This document shows, piece after piece, positions 23,201 to 36,200 of a stretch of DNA of 64,000 nt (positions within the stretch are counted from its first letter, which is position 1; every line of letters starts with the position of its first letter). Source of the DNA: Klebsormidium nitens (taxonomy: Eukaryota > Plantae > Klebsormidiophyceae). The notes beneath the pieces are model-generated. The model was not told the origin of the DNA. It did not search any database and saw nothing but the letters and a program-made list of their open reading frames with translations. Where the stretch lies: NCBI GenBank assembly GCA_000708835.1, contig DF237374.1, positions 1 through 64,000 of the forward strand. The letters run 5' to 3'. The position numbers and the translations under genes are program-made.

Positions 23201-26200
23201 CGGCGGTGCTCGAGGAGTGGCGGGCGCGCGAGGTGAGCTGGGGGGAGCGCTTATGTGCGTCTGCTTATGTCTTTCGGAATGAGTGCCAAAGGGCCCCTGG
23301 CTATCATAGGTACTCTTAGAGTACGGAAAAGTATCGGGCTCCCTTTTGGGCTCCTCGAAATTGCTTCAGGGTTTCTTTGCGATCGGGAGTCCGTGAACAA
23401 GGCTGTCAAGCCTTCAAGCATTCTTCAGCAAAAGTGAGCATATTTGAGCCTGAGTATGACGGATCCTACCCACGGATGGCTTCTTAACGGGGAAGAACTG
23501 GGCAGCGAAACGTGCAAGGAAGGGGAGCTAAAGAGATCTGTTGGTTGCTTTTTGTAACCGGCTAAACGAAAGATGGCAATCGGCTGCGAAGTAATCGGAG
23601 AGAGGTCGGATTACCCATGTTAGAATGGCACGGGGCCCATAAGCAATCCGAGGGATCCCTTTGATGTGCGGTCAATGGCAAAGTGAATGTTGGGGCCCGG
23701 GAGCCAGCAGAGGAAGGAATAGCTGCATCAAGTTCAGCGGAAGTTGTTGTTAAGAGGGGCGGCAAGCACACAGAAGGCTCTGCCTTGGTCCTAGCAGCCG
23801 TCGAAAGCACTGGCTGCTCCCTTTTGTCAAGTGCCATCTGTAACGGTTTGCGGGGGTTCCTGAGACCTTGAACGATTCTACAATGCATAGCTAGATTTCA
23901 TTTGGAGTGCGGGCGTCGGTTGATGGTTCGCGGGCGCTTGAGCAGTCGTTCACTCCCATGGAAGGACCCAGCATCCGCTAAGCGGCGAAGCTGGATATTC
24001 GCATAGGGCACGATGAACGGTCTATCGACCTGTACTGGCCTATGTGCTTTCTTTCGATCCTTTGTTTCAATGATCCACAGAAATAAGGTTGCGTTTCCCT
24101 ACCCACTTCATCAGGTAGAGCCTTCGTCGATCTACGTCTTAGCTCATGTCATCGACAGTGCTCTTACTTAAGCACGTTGATGTAGCTTAGTGCCGCTCGT
24201 TGACCCCGCGCCTCCTCTGCAGGGCTTGAGCGCACTTCCCCTCGTCTGCCTCGGCTTCTCTGGGGGCGCCCGCTTATGCTCGGTGAGCGTCCAACCACAC
24301 CCTGCCACGTGGTCGACCTGTTTTTGAGCTGTTGGCCTTCTTGGATCGTCGCAGCTTGATGCAAGCTAGGAAGCAGGTTGCATGTTGCTTGTTTGTCATT
24401 CCGCAGCCGGGAGGTTTTTGACAGAGTTCGGTTCCTTCTCTCAACCAAAGGGCATGTGGATCTTCTAACCTTTCAGCAATGCATCCGACGGTGTTCGGCC
24501 GAAACAGTAGGTTTCGATCCGCCCACGTCAAAGCTGACAGTGGTTTTGGCCCACGCTCAGTAGCTATTCAACTTATCCGAAGGTCGGATGTCTGCAAGGC
24601 TGACGATCTCCCTCATACCCTTTTCCATTTTAAACTAATGACCCTGACACGTGGCGTGCAGATGTTGAGCCACGCGGCGCCCGTCGCGGCGCAGGCGCTG
24701 TACATGCACCCCGGAAACGGCAAGGCGATCACTTCGCACCCGCGCGCCGACGGCACCCCCTACCCGCCCTCGTTGTTTGTTCACAGTGAGTCACTGAAAC
24801 TTTTGCTAACGCGGCCAATGCTTCTTTTCGGATCTTGGGGTTTAAGGTGAAAAGGAGATTCTCGCGCTGACGTGTCCGTTATGTTGGTTCGGGGAGTGGT
24901 TCGCAGTGAATGGCCGAAGCTTATTGCTGAGATGCCCAAGTTTCTCTCTGTACGATTCCGGACCGTTGGCTCGTTTCTGCGGTGAAGAGGAGCTTTTTGT
25001 GAGACCGTGTGGATCGTGTTGGTTTGGTGAGAACTTTGAGCTGTATCTGGGCCCCTCTTGTTGAAGTGGGCGGGTAGCTCAACGCGTGATTAGCCAGAGG
25101 GGAAGGCAAAGGTCAAGCGGAGAAATGGTGCACGGGGTCAAGCACCTCATGGAGAAGTTTTTAATTCCCTGAAAAGCGCCTGCAAAGCTGGAAGTTTTTT
25201 GTTCTTCGCTTTTGACGAAATCGGAAGCTCCTTCAGGAGTGATCCTGTCATGTTCGTTGGTTTCGAAAGTTGGATTCCGGTAGCTAGCTACACAAGCATT
25301 TGGTTCCCTGTGTTTTGATCCTGTAGTAATCTTTATATCCTGAAATCTTGGAACGTGAAATCCCTAGAATAGTAAGTACTACAATCTTGACACCAAATCT
25401 GAAAACCTGCAATTTTGACAATTTTGAATCTTTGCAGTGCCCCGCCACCACGAGCTCAACTCCCTGCTGAAGCACTCCATGGAGTCGCTGACGTCACGTG
25501 ACGTCACGGTCGGTTTGCTGGAGGTGTACCCGACTCGCGTCACTACGGAGTGGCTGTCCGAACACATGGGCAGGCACCTGACGGCAGCCGACATCGAAAA
25601 GGTGGGCTCTCAGCTGTTTCCGGGTTGCGCACTTTTCGCATTTCTCGGATTTCGGACCCCTTAACTTCGCAACCAAGATGTTGCACGGCCAGTCTGCAAT
25701 TCATTATGCGCGAGATTTGCGGAAATCGACGATATACTGGATTCTCGGCCTTTGTAGTGACTATCGAACCATCCGTCGAAAACAACATCTTGGGTGCGAG
25801 ATTAAGGGCCCCGAGAATCTTTCACGATCCTAGATATGCTTGGGGTTACATGGGCAAGGGGCCTCACGTTAGCCGGGCTTGTGAGTCTTTGCCTCGATTT
25901 TCAGAAGGGATTCAATAAATGAAAAGAAGGAGGGGAAGGGAAGAAGAAGAGACGAAATAGGAAACTTAAAAAGGAATTAGGGCATTGCTTGAGGAGTTGG
26001 GACACCTGATATCAACCGAAAGTGGCAGGCTGGTTTTTGACTGTAAGCAGCGTATTGTCATGCACAGAGTGTCAGTCCTTGTCGCTTTCTGCGACACTCT
26101 GTCAGTGCAGCTACAGATAGGGATCTAGACATACTGCCGAGAACACTGTAGCATCATGCTTTATGCTCAGAGAACAGTCGTGTTGATCGATGTCATGATG

Positions 26201-27925
26201 ATCGGTACCTCTCTTGCAGTTGCACAACGCGCTGAAAGCACAAGGTTGGCTGGACGAGGACGAGTTTATGAATTGTCCAAACGCGTTGCTCAGGTAAGTT
26301 CTTCCTAGAAGCGATTCTTTTGGATCTGCGTTTGTCCGGCCGATCGGCTTATGCTCTTTATGAGTCTGATTATGGTCGCTCTTGAGGAGCCAATATACCT
26401 ACGCGTTACTCTTCCTTCGACGAGTTTCTGCAAGACTTACTCCTTTCTGAGAGCTAGAAAGCCGGGACACCTTGACGCTGGTTTTCCAAATACGGAAAAG
26501 AGGTGTCACTGTTTACTGAATGAAAGGTCCCTTCCAGCCTGTCAGCCTTGCAAGCCTGTCAAAAGCATACACGTTCCACTTTGCTCGTGGAAGCTCGTCG
26601 AACTTCGTTTCGCCACCAACGACGTCTTTTATTAAAGGAAAGGCAAAAGTGTTCACACTCTCTCGCTGCATAGTGTAAGAAGGCTCTTGATAACTTCCTT
26701 TCGAGCTCTCGAAGCAGAGACGTTTCTTGCGAATGGTTTAAGAGACGAACTATACGGAAAGGCCGTTCCCAGCACCCCTTCTTCGTTCCAGCAGATGCCG
26801 GGGTACGAAAAAGTGTTCAAGGGGCCGGATTTGGACGATTCCGCAGGGCGACGTAGTGAAGACGAACTTACAGGGAACGGTCGCCGTTAGGGTATTCAAA
26901 GTTCTTCCAGGGGACGACCTTGAACATTCCGCAGGGCGACCAATTAGAGACTAACCTCTAGTGAAGGGTCGCCATTCAAGTGATGCTCAGCGCCCCTCCC
27001 TTTCTTCCCTGCAGAAAGCCGGGGTACGAGAAGTTGTTCAAGGGGGCGGAGTTAAAACAATCTCGCAGGGCGGCAGAATGAAGAAGGACTCCTTTTCGAA
27101 GGTCGTTTAGGCTGGTTTTGATCGCCCCTCCTTTTCCTCTTCGTGCAGAAAGCCGGGGTACGAAAAGTTGTTCAAGGGGGCGGAGTTGGAGGTCACGTGG
27201 GAAGCGGCCAATCACCTGCAACGAGTCCTGCGACAAGCGTATGGTAAGAGCGCGCTCTTATGTTCGCTGCGGATAGCTTATGAGCAAGTTGCTTGCCAAA
27301 CGGGAGCTGTCATGTTCAGAGTTGGATCGCCAAACGAATTTTGTCATTTTTCCAAATCGGAATCCGCCTATAAGTATGATAGTGGGGGGACTCTTTATGT
27401 GGAGAATGTGGGCTACCCATGAGCGCAATCCCGACAAACCTCCAAAGCCAAACCCTCTCATCGGCTTGCCGTTCTTGAAAGATGATTTGGACTCTGACAT
27501 AGGGGTTGGATTGACAGACTTTGCAGTTGAACTTGTTTGCAGTAGGAGGCAAGAGGTCAGAAGCTCACAGCTTGCTCATGGATTTAGCGGTCCTTGCGAC
27601 TAGTGGGCTCTTTTGTGAGCGATTGTGGCAGGTCATTCAAAATGCCCCCAGCATCTCGCGTCAGACAGTTTCCCAATCCGTTTCCTTGTTGGATCTGCCA
27701 ACGCAGTGCCTCCTAGTCAATCGCCGTATCTCCTGACCGCCACGTGTCATCTCCGCAGCGCTCCACGAGGTCTCCTCAGACCGCGTGTCCGAAGTTCTGG
27801 ACTGGCTCGGAGACGTGTGCCGCCTTCCGGACGGGATGCGGACGGGGGAGCGGTGCACCGAGTTGGTTAACGAAATCCCGGTTAACGCTCACCGGTTGGT
27901 TTACAAGCACGAGCCCCCGTGCTAG
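20201..27925 (+). CDS. Type II membrane-anchored alpha/beta-hydrolase-fold protein (uncharacterised plant family)
   Basis: Phase-consistent exons: 20201-20836, 22305-22408, 23037-23232, 24223-24282, 24662-24785, 25438-25601, 26220-26293, 27149-27243, 27759-27925. N-terminal TM FILLALVIITTVTVTC. DVIWQVPPGEPTRVILLAQG...WWLQSSTCPECSG, nucleophile elbow LVCLGFSGGA, YPPSLFVHMP and QAYALHEV are collinear with the land-plant family I recall as VIWQIP..PKAVLFLAHGC...GASSGG...YPPTLFVHMPKD...AYAYHEM. Confidence 0.85.
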
Positions 27926-29112
27926 TGAGCCCGGGGGAACGGCCCAGCAGAGTTAGCAAAGCCCTGCGTGGTCAGGGTTAGCTTAACCCTACTTGGGCGG
28001 TAAGGCATTCCTTGCAGAGACGCGCTCTGCGGGTTACAGAGCGATGGACCGGGGGTTAACGGTGTAAGCCGGGTGACGTGTCCAGTTCCTGTGCTTTCAG
28101 GAAGGCTGGGTTAGGTCGCACTTAAAGTCGTCTAATTATACAAGTTGGTGCACAGAGTGTTGATGAGAAAGTCGTCGTCCGTTGCTTGTCGACCTGCCAG
28201 ATGCAGCCTTTGGCTCTCAGCTATGACGGAAGCATGACGCATGCGTCCTGGCTTAGGAGCTTCCGGGGCTCGATGAGCACACCGGTTCCAGGAACATAGG
28301 TAGCCCTGGTTGATCGCGCATAAAGCACCGGTGACTCTGGTATAGGCAGTCCCGAACGCGGAGTCTTAGAAACGTCAAACTGTTTGGCGTCCATATGGAT
28401 CGACCGTGGTTGTATATTCAGAACGTTTCATACCTGGGAGACGTTCAAGCTCTGACTAGGTCGTTGTTTGTTGATCGGGCCTAGGCGGCCGCCACCACAC
28501 GTGCAAGTCATGCATGAAACTGTCTAGTGCAGTGACCGTCGCGTTTTCATGCAATGATGGCTCCGATGACTAATCAGCTGTAACTTGCCTGGTGCAGCCG
28601 AACTATATACGCCGGCGGCCACGCTTCCTTAAGCCATTGAATCATGGATGTATGGTCGCGCAAGCCTGCGTCGGGCCACGGTGTTACGCATTAGTACCTT
28701 TGCATTATCCGGATTGCATCTTATAATAGACGATTATCCGGATATCGATCATTTTAAATTAAAGACAAAAAGGTGAAGGAATATTTGCGTAGCCTCTTCA
28801 CTCTCGTTTGTCATGCGACGTAGTACGTCTCGATGCATTTGACCGGGTTGCTCAATCGTCGCGCACATTTCTGGCGAGCCAGCTTGCCATGCGGCGGGCG
28901 GGATGCAGGCATGGGCCCCCGCGGCTTTGCCTGAGGCGCGGCGCTGTGCAGTACAATCTGCCACGTAAAGTCGGTCTAGGTGCGAGATCCTTACACCACA
29001 TGCTGCAACATGTGATCGCGGGCACTTAGCCCCTTCGAGTATAATACTCTATTAGAGTAGTCTCGGTTTTTTATGTTTGAGTTACGGCTACGTCGAGTTA
29101 CGTCATGCGGCC

Positions 29113-29215
29113 GGGGGACGGGTGGGGTTGGTTTGGGGGTTTATAGGGTGGGTACGGGTGCGGAGCATGTTAAACTTTGGGTATGGGTTTTTAGTTTGAT
29201 CTGTTTGAGCCCGGG
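29113..29215 (+). repeat. G-rich dispersed repeat family, copy 2 (intergenic)
   Basis: gggggacgggtggggttggtttgggggtttatagggtgggtacgggtgcggagca is nearly identical to the minus-strand core at about 13010-13060. Confidence 0.8.
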
Positions 29216-30241
29216 CACTCATGATCAAACTCAACACAAGCCAAACTCAACATATATATCGAGACTTATTGCTATGAGGGCCTGCCCGAGCAGGAACCGA
29301 GTCACTACTTCCTTGAAGCATTGGCGTGTGATCGGGCTTCTGCCTGCACTCCGGGAGCACGAAAGACGCGTGCTTTGATTTGATTGTGACCGCCTTTGAT
29401 GTGTTTGTAACGGATAAAAGGAAACTCAAAGCGGCTCCGGACTCGAACCCCTTGCACGAGTCTGTAGCTTGGAAAGTTGGTATTCTTGGGGTTCGGTTTC
29501 GCAGTAATGTAGCCCCGCCCGACTGAGCTCCGGCTTTGAAGCGCCCCCGCAGGGCCGCCCACATGAGCTCTACACTTTGTACTCTCTGGCACTCTACGTT
29601 TCTCTTCTCGCCGTCCGCCTGCGTTACCCTGATGCGGCAAATGCGACTTCCCTAGCGGACAAGCCCCATGCCTCCAGAACTCCGTTAAACATCTGAACCG
29701 CCGGCATCGCACAAACGGCTTGAGATCAACAGGGGCGTAAGAACGTCGTCGTGTTGGCACTGTCACGTAATAGTTCAAGTGGGCGAATCGTACAATCAGC
29801 AGATAATGGCCTTTCACGCTTCTTGGTCAGAGTCTCTGAGGGAGCTCTGTGACGAAGTGCGCGACTCGAAGCGCTGGATCGGGTGATCGAACCGCTTCGT
29901 CGCAGCATTGTCAAGCGGAGGCTGCAAAAGGAGGAAACAGACACCCCTGTTTGTTTTGCCCCCTCACTCTTCTTGCTTTCACGTTTAATTTGCGTTGCTT
30001 TCCTGAAAGCCAACATTGGCGGCTTTACCGTCACGGATGTTTACTTCGTGCTTCCGGTTGAAGCTGTTGGAATCATAGCTGCGCGATATGTCAGAAGGCC
30101 GCGGTTAGGGAGAATCTGCTCAGTCAGCAGTGCTTGTATCACCCACACCGCAGACACAACGGCTCTCGGGCTGGACTGTTATTCCGGGACTTTCGGCGGA
30201 CTGCGCCAATACATCTTTTCGCATCGAACTTTTCGTCGTTG

Positions 30242-33200
30242 TTAGACGACCACGTCAGCCCGTGTCACGTGGCTCACTCTGAGCAGCAGTCTGACGTGGA
30301 TCCGCCCGTGCTTGACGCCCGCTAACGTCATCCACATGTCCTCCGTGACGCCCGGCCGCAGGTCCCGCAGGTCGATGTGCGCGGCGCCCAAAAAGTCCGT
30401 GCTGCCAATAGCACGCGTCCACGTGTCAGCACGGAAAAGGCGTTCCGGAGGCTCCGCCGGTGAGCGCGCTCCCACGGAAGGAGAGCGGAAAATAATAGCC
30501 TGGCGGGTGAATTCCACTTATGCAAGACGAGAACAGCCGGACGAGCACTTCGACGAAGAAATCATTCTGATACCAACTTTGCAAAGAGTTGGATACTCAG
30601 TCGAAAGCTGCACGATCAAATGAAGTGGCAGGAGACTCCAGAACAAACTTAGACTGTGGCAGACTGCCAGCTCCGCTCGCTTATCAAGTCTGCCCCGTCG
30701 GCTATCACCCGGCAAAATGTCATCCAGGCTTTTGTATCATGTCCTGTCCTTCGGCTTTTGACTCGAATCGTTCCAAGCCTAACACTAGTCTCACTGCAAA
30801 GAAACCCTCCTGCTAAAACTAATGCGCCCTACTTTGGACGTTTATGATTCCGGACGGGCAAACCCAAACATTGATTTTGGACTCAGTTAACCCAGTCTGC
30901 GGCTGCTCGAGCGCGTCTCTTTTCGACGTCGCGTCGAAAAGACCACCGGGAGACGAGCCGCGCACGACACCTGTTACACACACGCGCGTGCGGCCGCAGA
31001 CTGGATCAAATAGTCCAAAATCGAATTTCGGGTTTGGCCGTCGGAAATCGAAAACGTCCGAAGTAGGGCGCACCAGTCTTGTTGCTGCCCCGCCGGGGGG
31101 CTCACCTGAAGAAGTCCTTGTCGCGGCACTCGATCCGCAGGAGCGGCTCGTCCGGGTCGAGCTTCCCTTCGGCGATGATGAACTCAAACGCCTGAGGTGG
31201 AACAACAGCTTATTCTGGAGACAGCAAGCAGCGACAAGGGTTTGGAGATCCGTCTATGCTGGAATCTCCCTCCTTTGCTGAACAGTAGAAAGACCTTGAA
31301 CAACTTAGACTGGATGATAGAACCTGGAACTTGCCCTGTTCTACCCTCTATGAGCGTTTCCACTTGTGCTCCGGTTTTAGGAGAGATGCTAAGAATCTAT
31401 TACACCAAGGCTACTCATATCAGCTACTGCAAACCAGATCTTGTCTTCCGAGTTCGATAGTATCCGACCGGTCACCTCATCAGCTAAACCCACCTCGTTT
31501 CAACCAGGGTTGAGACTCACTTCGAGCTGTCAAATGTTGCCCGAAAGCGACCTCGTTCGAGATAGGGTTAAGACGCGCGTATTAAGCGGTCATTTGAGTG
31601 CCGAATCCCACCTCGTTCCAGATGGGGCTCAGATTGCCCGACTTGACGCTGCTCTTGCGCAACAGCTTCCCCAGCTTTTGAAAAAACCAGATTTCAATCA
31701 GGTTTCGAAACCCACCTCGTTCCAGATGGGGTTAAGGTTGCCGGACTTGACGCTGCTCTTGCGCGACAGCTTCCCCAGCTTGAGCTTGCAGAACGGGTCG
31801 CTCTTCTTCATGATGAAGTCGCGGATGATCAGGTTGCTCGCCTCCACCAGCGTCACCACCAGCACCTCCGCGTCCCGCCACGTGGCCTCTGCGCAACGTG
31901 CCACGTCAGCAGACGTCAGAAACTACTGCAGAAGGGCGCCGCCTTTTGCCTTTTTTGCATTTTCCTGTGTGTTGAAGAAGCGCTGCCGCTGCACACCGAG
32001 GCACGTAAGCCAACGGCTCGCCGCTCGCCAAACCCCCAGCACGAGGATCGTGACGTGTGTGCACGTCAGCATACACTCGCTAAAGCAGGGAACAATCCTG
32101 TATGCCGATCCGCACTCAAACCCCTCCATCGACGGAGTCGACTCTGCCCTGAGCCTGCCCGTCCCGCTAAAATAACAATCCGATGACGTCACGTCGTCTC
32201 ACCTGCGCCCGGGGACAGCGGCGGCGCCGGCACGTCCGCCTCGGAGGGATCCCCACGGGGATCCCCCCGCCCGTCCTCGCTCTCCCGGCCGTCTTCTCCG
32301 GGGGAGTACTCGGGGGTGTCTAGGAGGTCGGGAGATCCCCCTGACGGCACGATGGAGATCCGGCTGGCGTGCATTTCCCCCGGAAGCGTTGGGGAGGCGG
32401 TCCAGCGGAGGGATTTCAAGGGGGACCAACCGGAAGCGCTGTTCGTATCGTGCCTGGACAAACGTCGAAGTTTCTCGTTACAATATCAAGATTCGGATTC
32501 AAGATTTTTGTAGGTATCAGTTGTCTTGAAGTTTCTTCCGGGAGACTGGGGGGAGATCAGCGCAGCAATTCCAATTGAGCGACGACGAAAGCGCTGGCCG
32601 GGTTGAGGCTGAGCGAAGGACGTCATACAATCTGCTGTAGAGGCTCGTATCAGGAAAAGGAAAACCGTGGGCAGCAAGCTTAAACACCGTCATCAGAGAT
32701 GCGCCTCGTACAGCTTCCGCCAGAAAGAGCTTTGCTCGCCCAGTTGAGTGAACGGGGTCGACGAGACTCAGATGATGCAATCAGGCCCGGGGGACGCTGT
32801 TGGAACGGATGACGTGGCGAGATTTCAGCGAAAATTTGAATCTGTTGTCCTTTAGTCACTGATCGAGACGGGCCCACCAGCTGCCAACCCCGCGGCGTCA
32901 ACGTTTCCAACAGCGTCCCCAATCTCTTTCTCAAATCAACCGTCGACCCGGGGTTGCTAATCCTGGGGTTGCGGAAGCATAACCACACCAAAAGCCGCTA
33001 GCCCTCAACGGACAATCAGAAAGCAATATCGACTGACAACGGAGGGGGCCGGTCCTACCTCTTTTCGAAGATGATTCGCAGGTGCACTTCGCCCGACTCG
33101 GTGGCCTGGAGGGGCAGCCAGATATCGTGCGTCACGCCGTCCTTGAACTGAACTAGATCGAGGTCGATGATGCCCAAGAAATCGTTGTCGAAGCCCAGGA

Positions 33201-36200
33201 AGTCCTTGTCCATGCACGTCAACACCAGGCGAGAGCCCTGGAAAAAGGGTTACTAGGGGTTAAGAGGGGTTGCTAGAAACTGCCAGGGGTTAGTGGGGGT
33301 TAGTAGGGTTTTTTAAGAGTTAGAAAGGGCGGGACAGAGAAAGCACGGGTCAAGTTGTTTGTGTGCTCAAATTTAGTGTCTACAAAGACAGTGATCTCTG
33401 ACCGTATTGTCGGAACAAAGAAAGTGATTGTCAATTACATCAAAATGAGGAGCGAGCCGTGGGAAATCAATGAAAACGACAGCACTACTTACAACGGGCC
33501 GTAGTTTGATCGACAAAAAAGCAAGCAATTTTTAGAAGTCGCCAGGAAGCAGTCAATGAGCACAAAGCTGGCTCTTGAAGAAGTGAACCTTGTCCAGGGG
33601 TTTCTAAGTTATTTCAGAGGGTCAAAATCCGGCGAGACGCCTGAGAAACAAGGGACTGCCGGACTCCACTCATGGACCCGGGGAACCACGCTACACATTG
33701 AGGAGAAGTTTGCACACGATTCTGGCGACAAGCGGTTCTGAGGACCGACGTGCGCCGAGAAAGCGACTCAGATCCGCTCTTCGTCCCTCAACACGTGAGA
33801 GAACCAGATGAAGAAAGTTGGGTCCCTAAGCGCCAACTATTCCAAGATCCGCTTTGGAATCCGAGGTTCGGAGAAAAACACCACAGACCGAAAAGTCTCA
33901 GGATCCAAACAAAAGCGCCACAAACTGTGGGTTACAAGGATAACAGGAGAAAGCGCACCTGCGAGAAGGAGAAGGTCTCGTTCCACCGGGGGCTAAGCGT
34001 CTTGCTCTTCACTTTACTCAGCTTCTTCTTGTGTCCGACTCGCAGCTTGCAGTACGGGTCGCTCTTCCCTGGACGCACAGCAGAGCGGAGGACTAGCGCA
34101 GCGTGACTTTCGCAAGTAAAAAGCTTTCCTTTTTGGTGCAAACGACTCCTTTGGGTCCGTTGTCCAAAAAAGGAGCGGGGAACATTGACGAAAGCTACGC
34201 TTCTATAGGCCAAGGAGCATTGGTCAGCAGGAACAAGATCTGCCTGTCTCGAGGAGTCGAAACAGGAATCTGTAAAAGAAAAGGTTCCTGCCGGGGTATC
34301 ATCAAACAGATGTTCCGAACAATTTGAGCAATGTTGGAACCCTCACCGTTGGAGTCTTTCGCTACCAGGTTCCGTGCCTCCACCAGCGTGATGATCCAGA
34401 AGCCGTCACGGGACGCTGCAGAGTGCCAGATATGGTCTAAGAAGTGGTTTGCACATTTTAACGTAGCAAAAGTTCCGGGGGAGTTTCAAAGCCACCGGGT
34501 TCCAGCTAGCAAAAGACTGGATCCCGGCAACGAAGGCTTTGCGAGGACTCATAGAGTCTCCTCAAGGCGAGCCGAGCTGTCCGAAGCAACCGCGGCAAAG
34601 CCGTACACGGGATGGAGTAAGGACTTCCATGCCCCTTACATCAGCACGGAAATTGCTAAAAACTATCGCTTGGCTTCAGATACTGCACCTCATTCAAGAG
34701 TTTTGGGGTGGAACCTTTAGGCACGCACTTCCAGGCAACCAGATCGACCGGGCTGAAACAACAGCGCGGATGTCTGAGTATGCCTCAAGCTCGGAACGCT
34801 GCCTGGTTACAGCGCTAGAATGAGATGTAGAACTGAGCACGGAAAGGCGTCCCCGAGAGCACGCTCACATAGTGCCTCGTGTACGATCTTGTCCCGGTCG
34901 GTCGACCCGGTCGCCGACGTGCTGGCTATCGTCCTCTCGACGGCGGCTGTTTCGGGCACGCCGTAGAACCTGCAATGACGGAGCGGATCGACGTAAGTTA
35001 GTGGCAGGCTATTGCGAGTGAGGGAGCCGCAAAGGCCAGTTTTCTCTTTCAAAGCTTCGGCATCGGTCGGAAATTATGCCAGATCGTTTGCGGTCCTCCG
35101 CACCGTGGGGTGGCTTCGATCGCTCAACGAATTCTGAGGTAAGTGTACGGTCAAATCCGAAGCTGAGGAAAAGTGTACGTGCCAGTCCGGTACATGTACA
35201 CGAAAGGAAAGGCTCGAGATCCGAGCGATGTTTGGTCGACGCAAAAGCTTATCATCAAGGAGAAAGGCAGCGATTCACAACCAGATATCATCAGAATAAG
35301 GAAACGTGAAGAAGATGTGTACAGGGTCCCAGGTTTCAAATTTCTGGGTTTTTAAGTTAGGCTTTCAATCAAATGAAGAGAAGACTGCCTAGTCCCGCAC
35401 CAGGATGCGCTGCTTCAAATGCACGCCTCCCCGACCTCCGCGCCCGTGGCGTCCCGCAGGGGCACCCACGCCGTGTACGGCTCCAAAGTCCACGCGGCAA
35501 GAGCAAACCCAACACCCTAAAATCCTAACCCCTAAAATCTCAAGTACTTACCAGGACGCGCTGCTCCATATGCACGCCTCCCCGACCTCCGCGCCCGCGG
35601 CGTCTCGCAGCGGCACCCAAGCGGTGTATGGCTCAAACGTGCGCGTCGCGAGGGGCTTGTTCTCCTTCCCGTTGTGCCAGTAGCAGGTGCCCCCGTCGTG
35701 CATCCACTTGTGCTGCACGCTGCACGCGCCTAGCGCTGGGCGCAGGTTGAAGTCGGCCGCCGAGGAGCACACGAGCTGCGGCACAGGGGTTAGGGTTTTG
35801 ATGTTTTGAATTTTAGGGTTTGAGGATTTACGCGGTTATGTACCGGGTTTAGAAGCGCACTGGGTTCTGCTTCATGCGTCGAGCGCCATGCGCAGATTGC
35901 TTTCGGGCGCCGAGGAGCACACGAGCTGCGGGCAGAGATATAGTGGTTTGAGGACTTTAATTATCTTGGATTTGGTAAAGTTCATTGAATCTTTTAAATG
36001 CATTTGCTTTGTGCGGGATCGAGCACGTATTTGAAGCCGGACGCAGATGGAAACAACGGAATGAGACCAAGGGCGAAGCTGCGTCGGGTAGATTCAGCTT
36101 CATGATTTCGAAGTTCAAGGGTTCTATGGGGTCACGGTCCAAATTAAGAGCACGAACGGGTCGGCTCAAGATCCTCAACAGCTTCTGAAAGCCCGGATTT

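Noticed and set aside
29305-29817. 170 aa minus-strand ORF in the intergenic region
   Set aside because: Arg-rich and motif-free, with equally long overlapping frames and no splice-consistent partner exons.
33240-33325. GGGGTTA-rich tract resembling an interstitial telomere
   Set aside because: There are no consecutive perfect units. On the transcribed (minus) strand it reads as C-rich CTAAC/CCCTAA branch-point and pyrimidine sequence just upstream of an acceptor.
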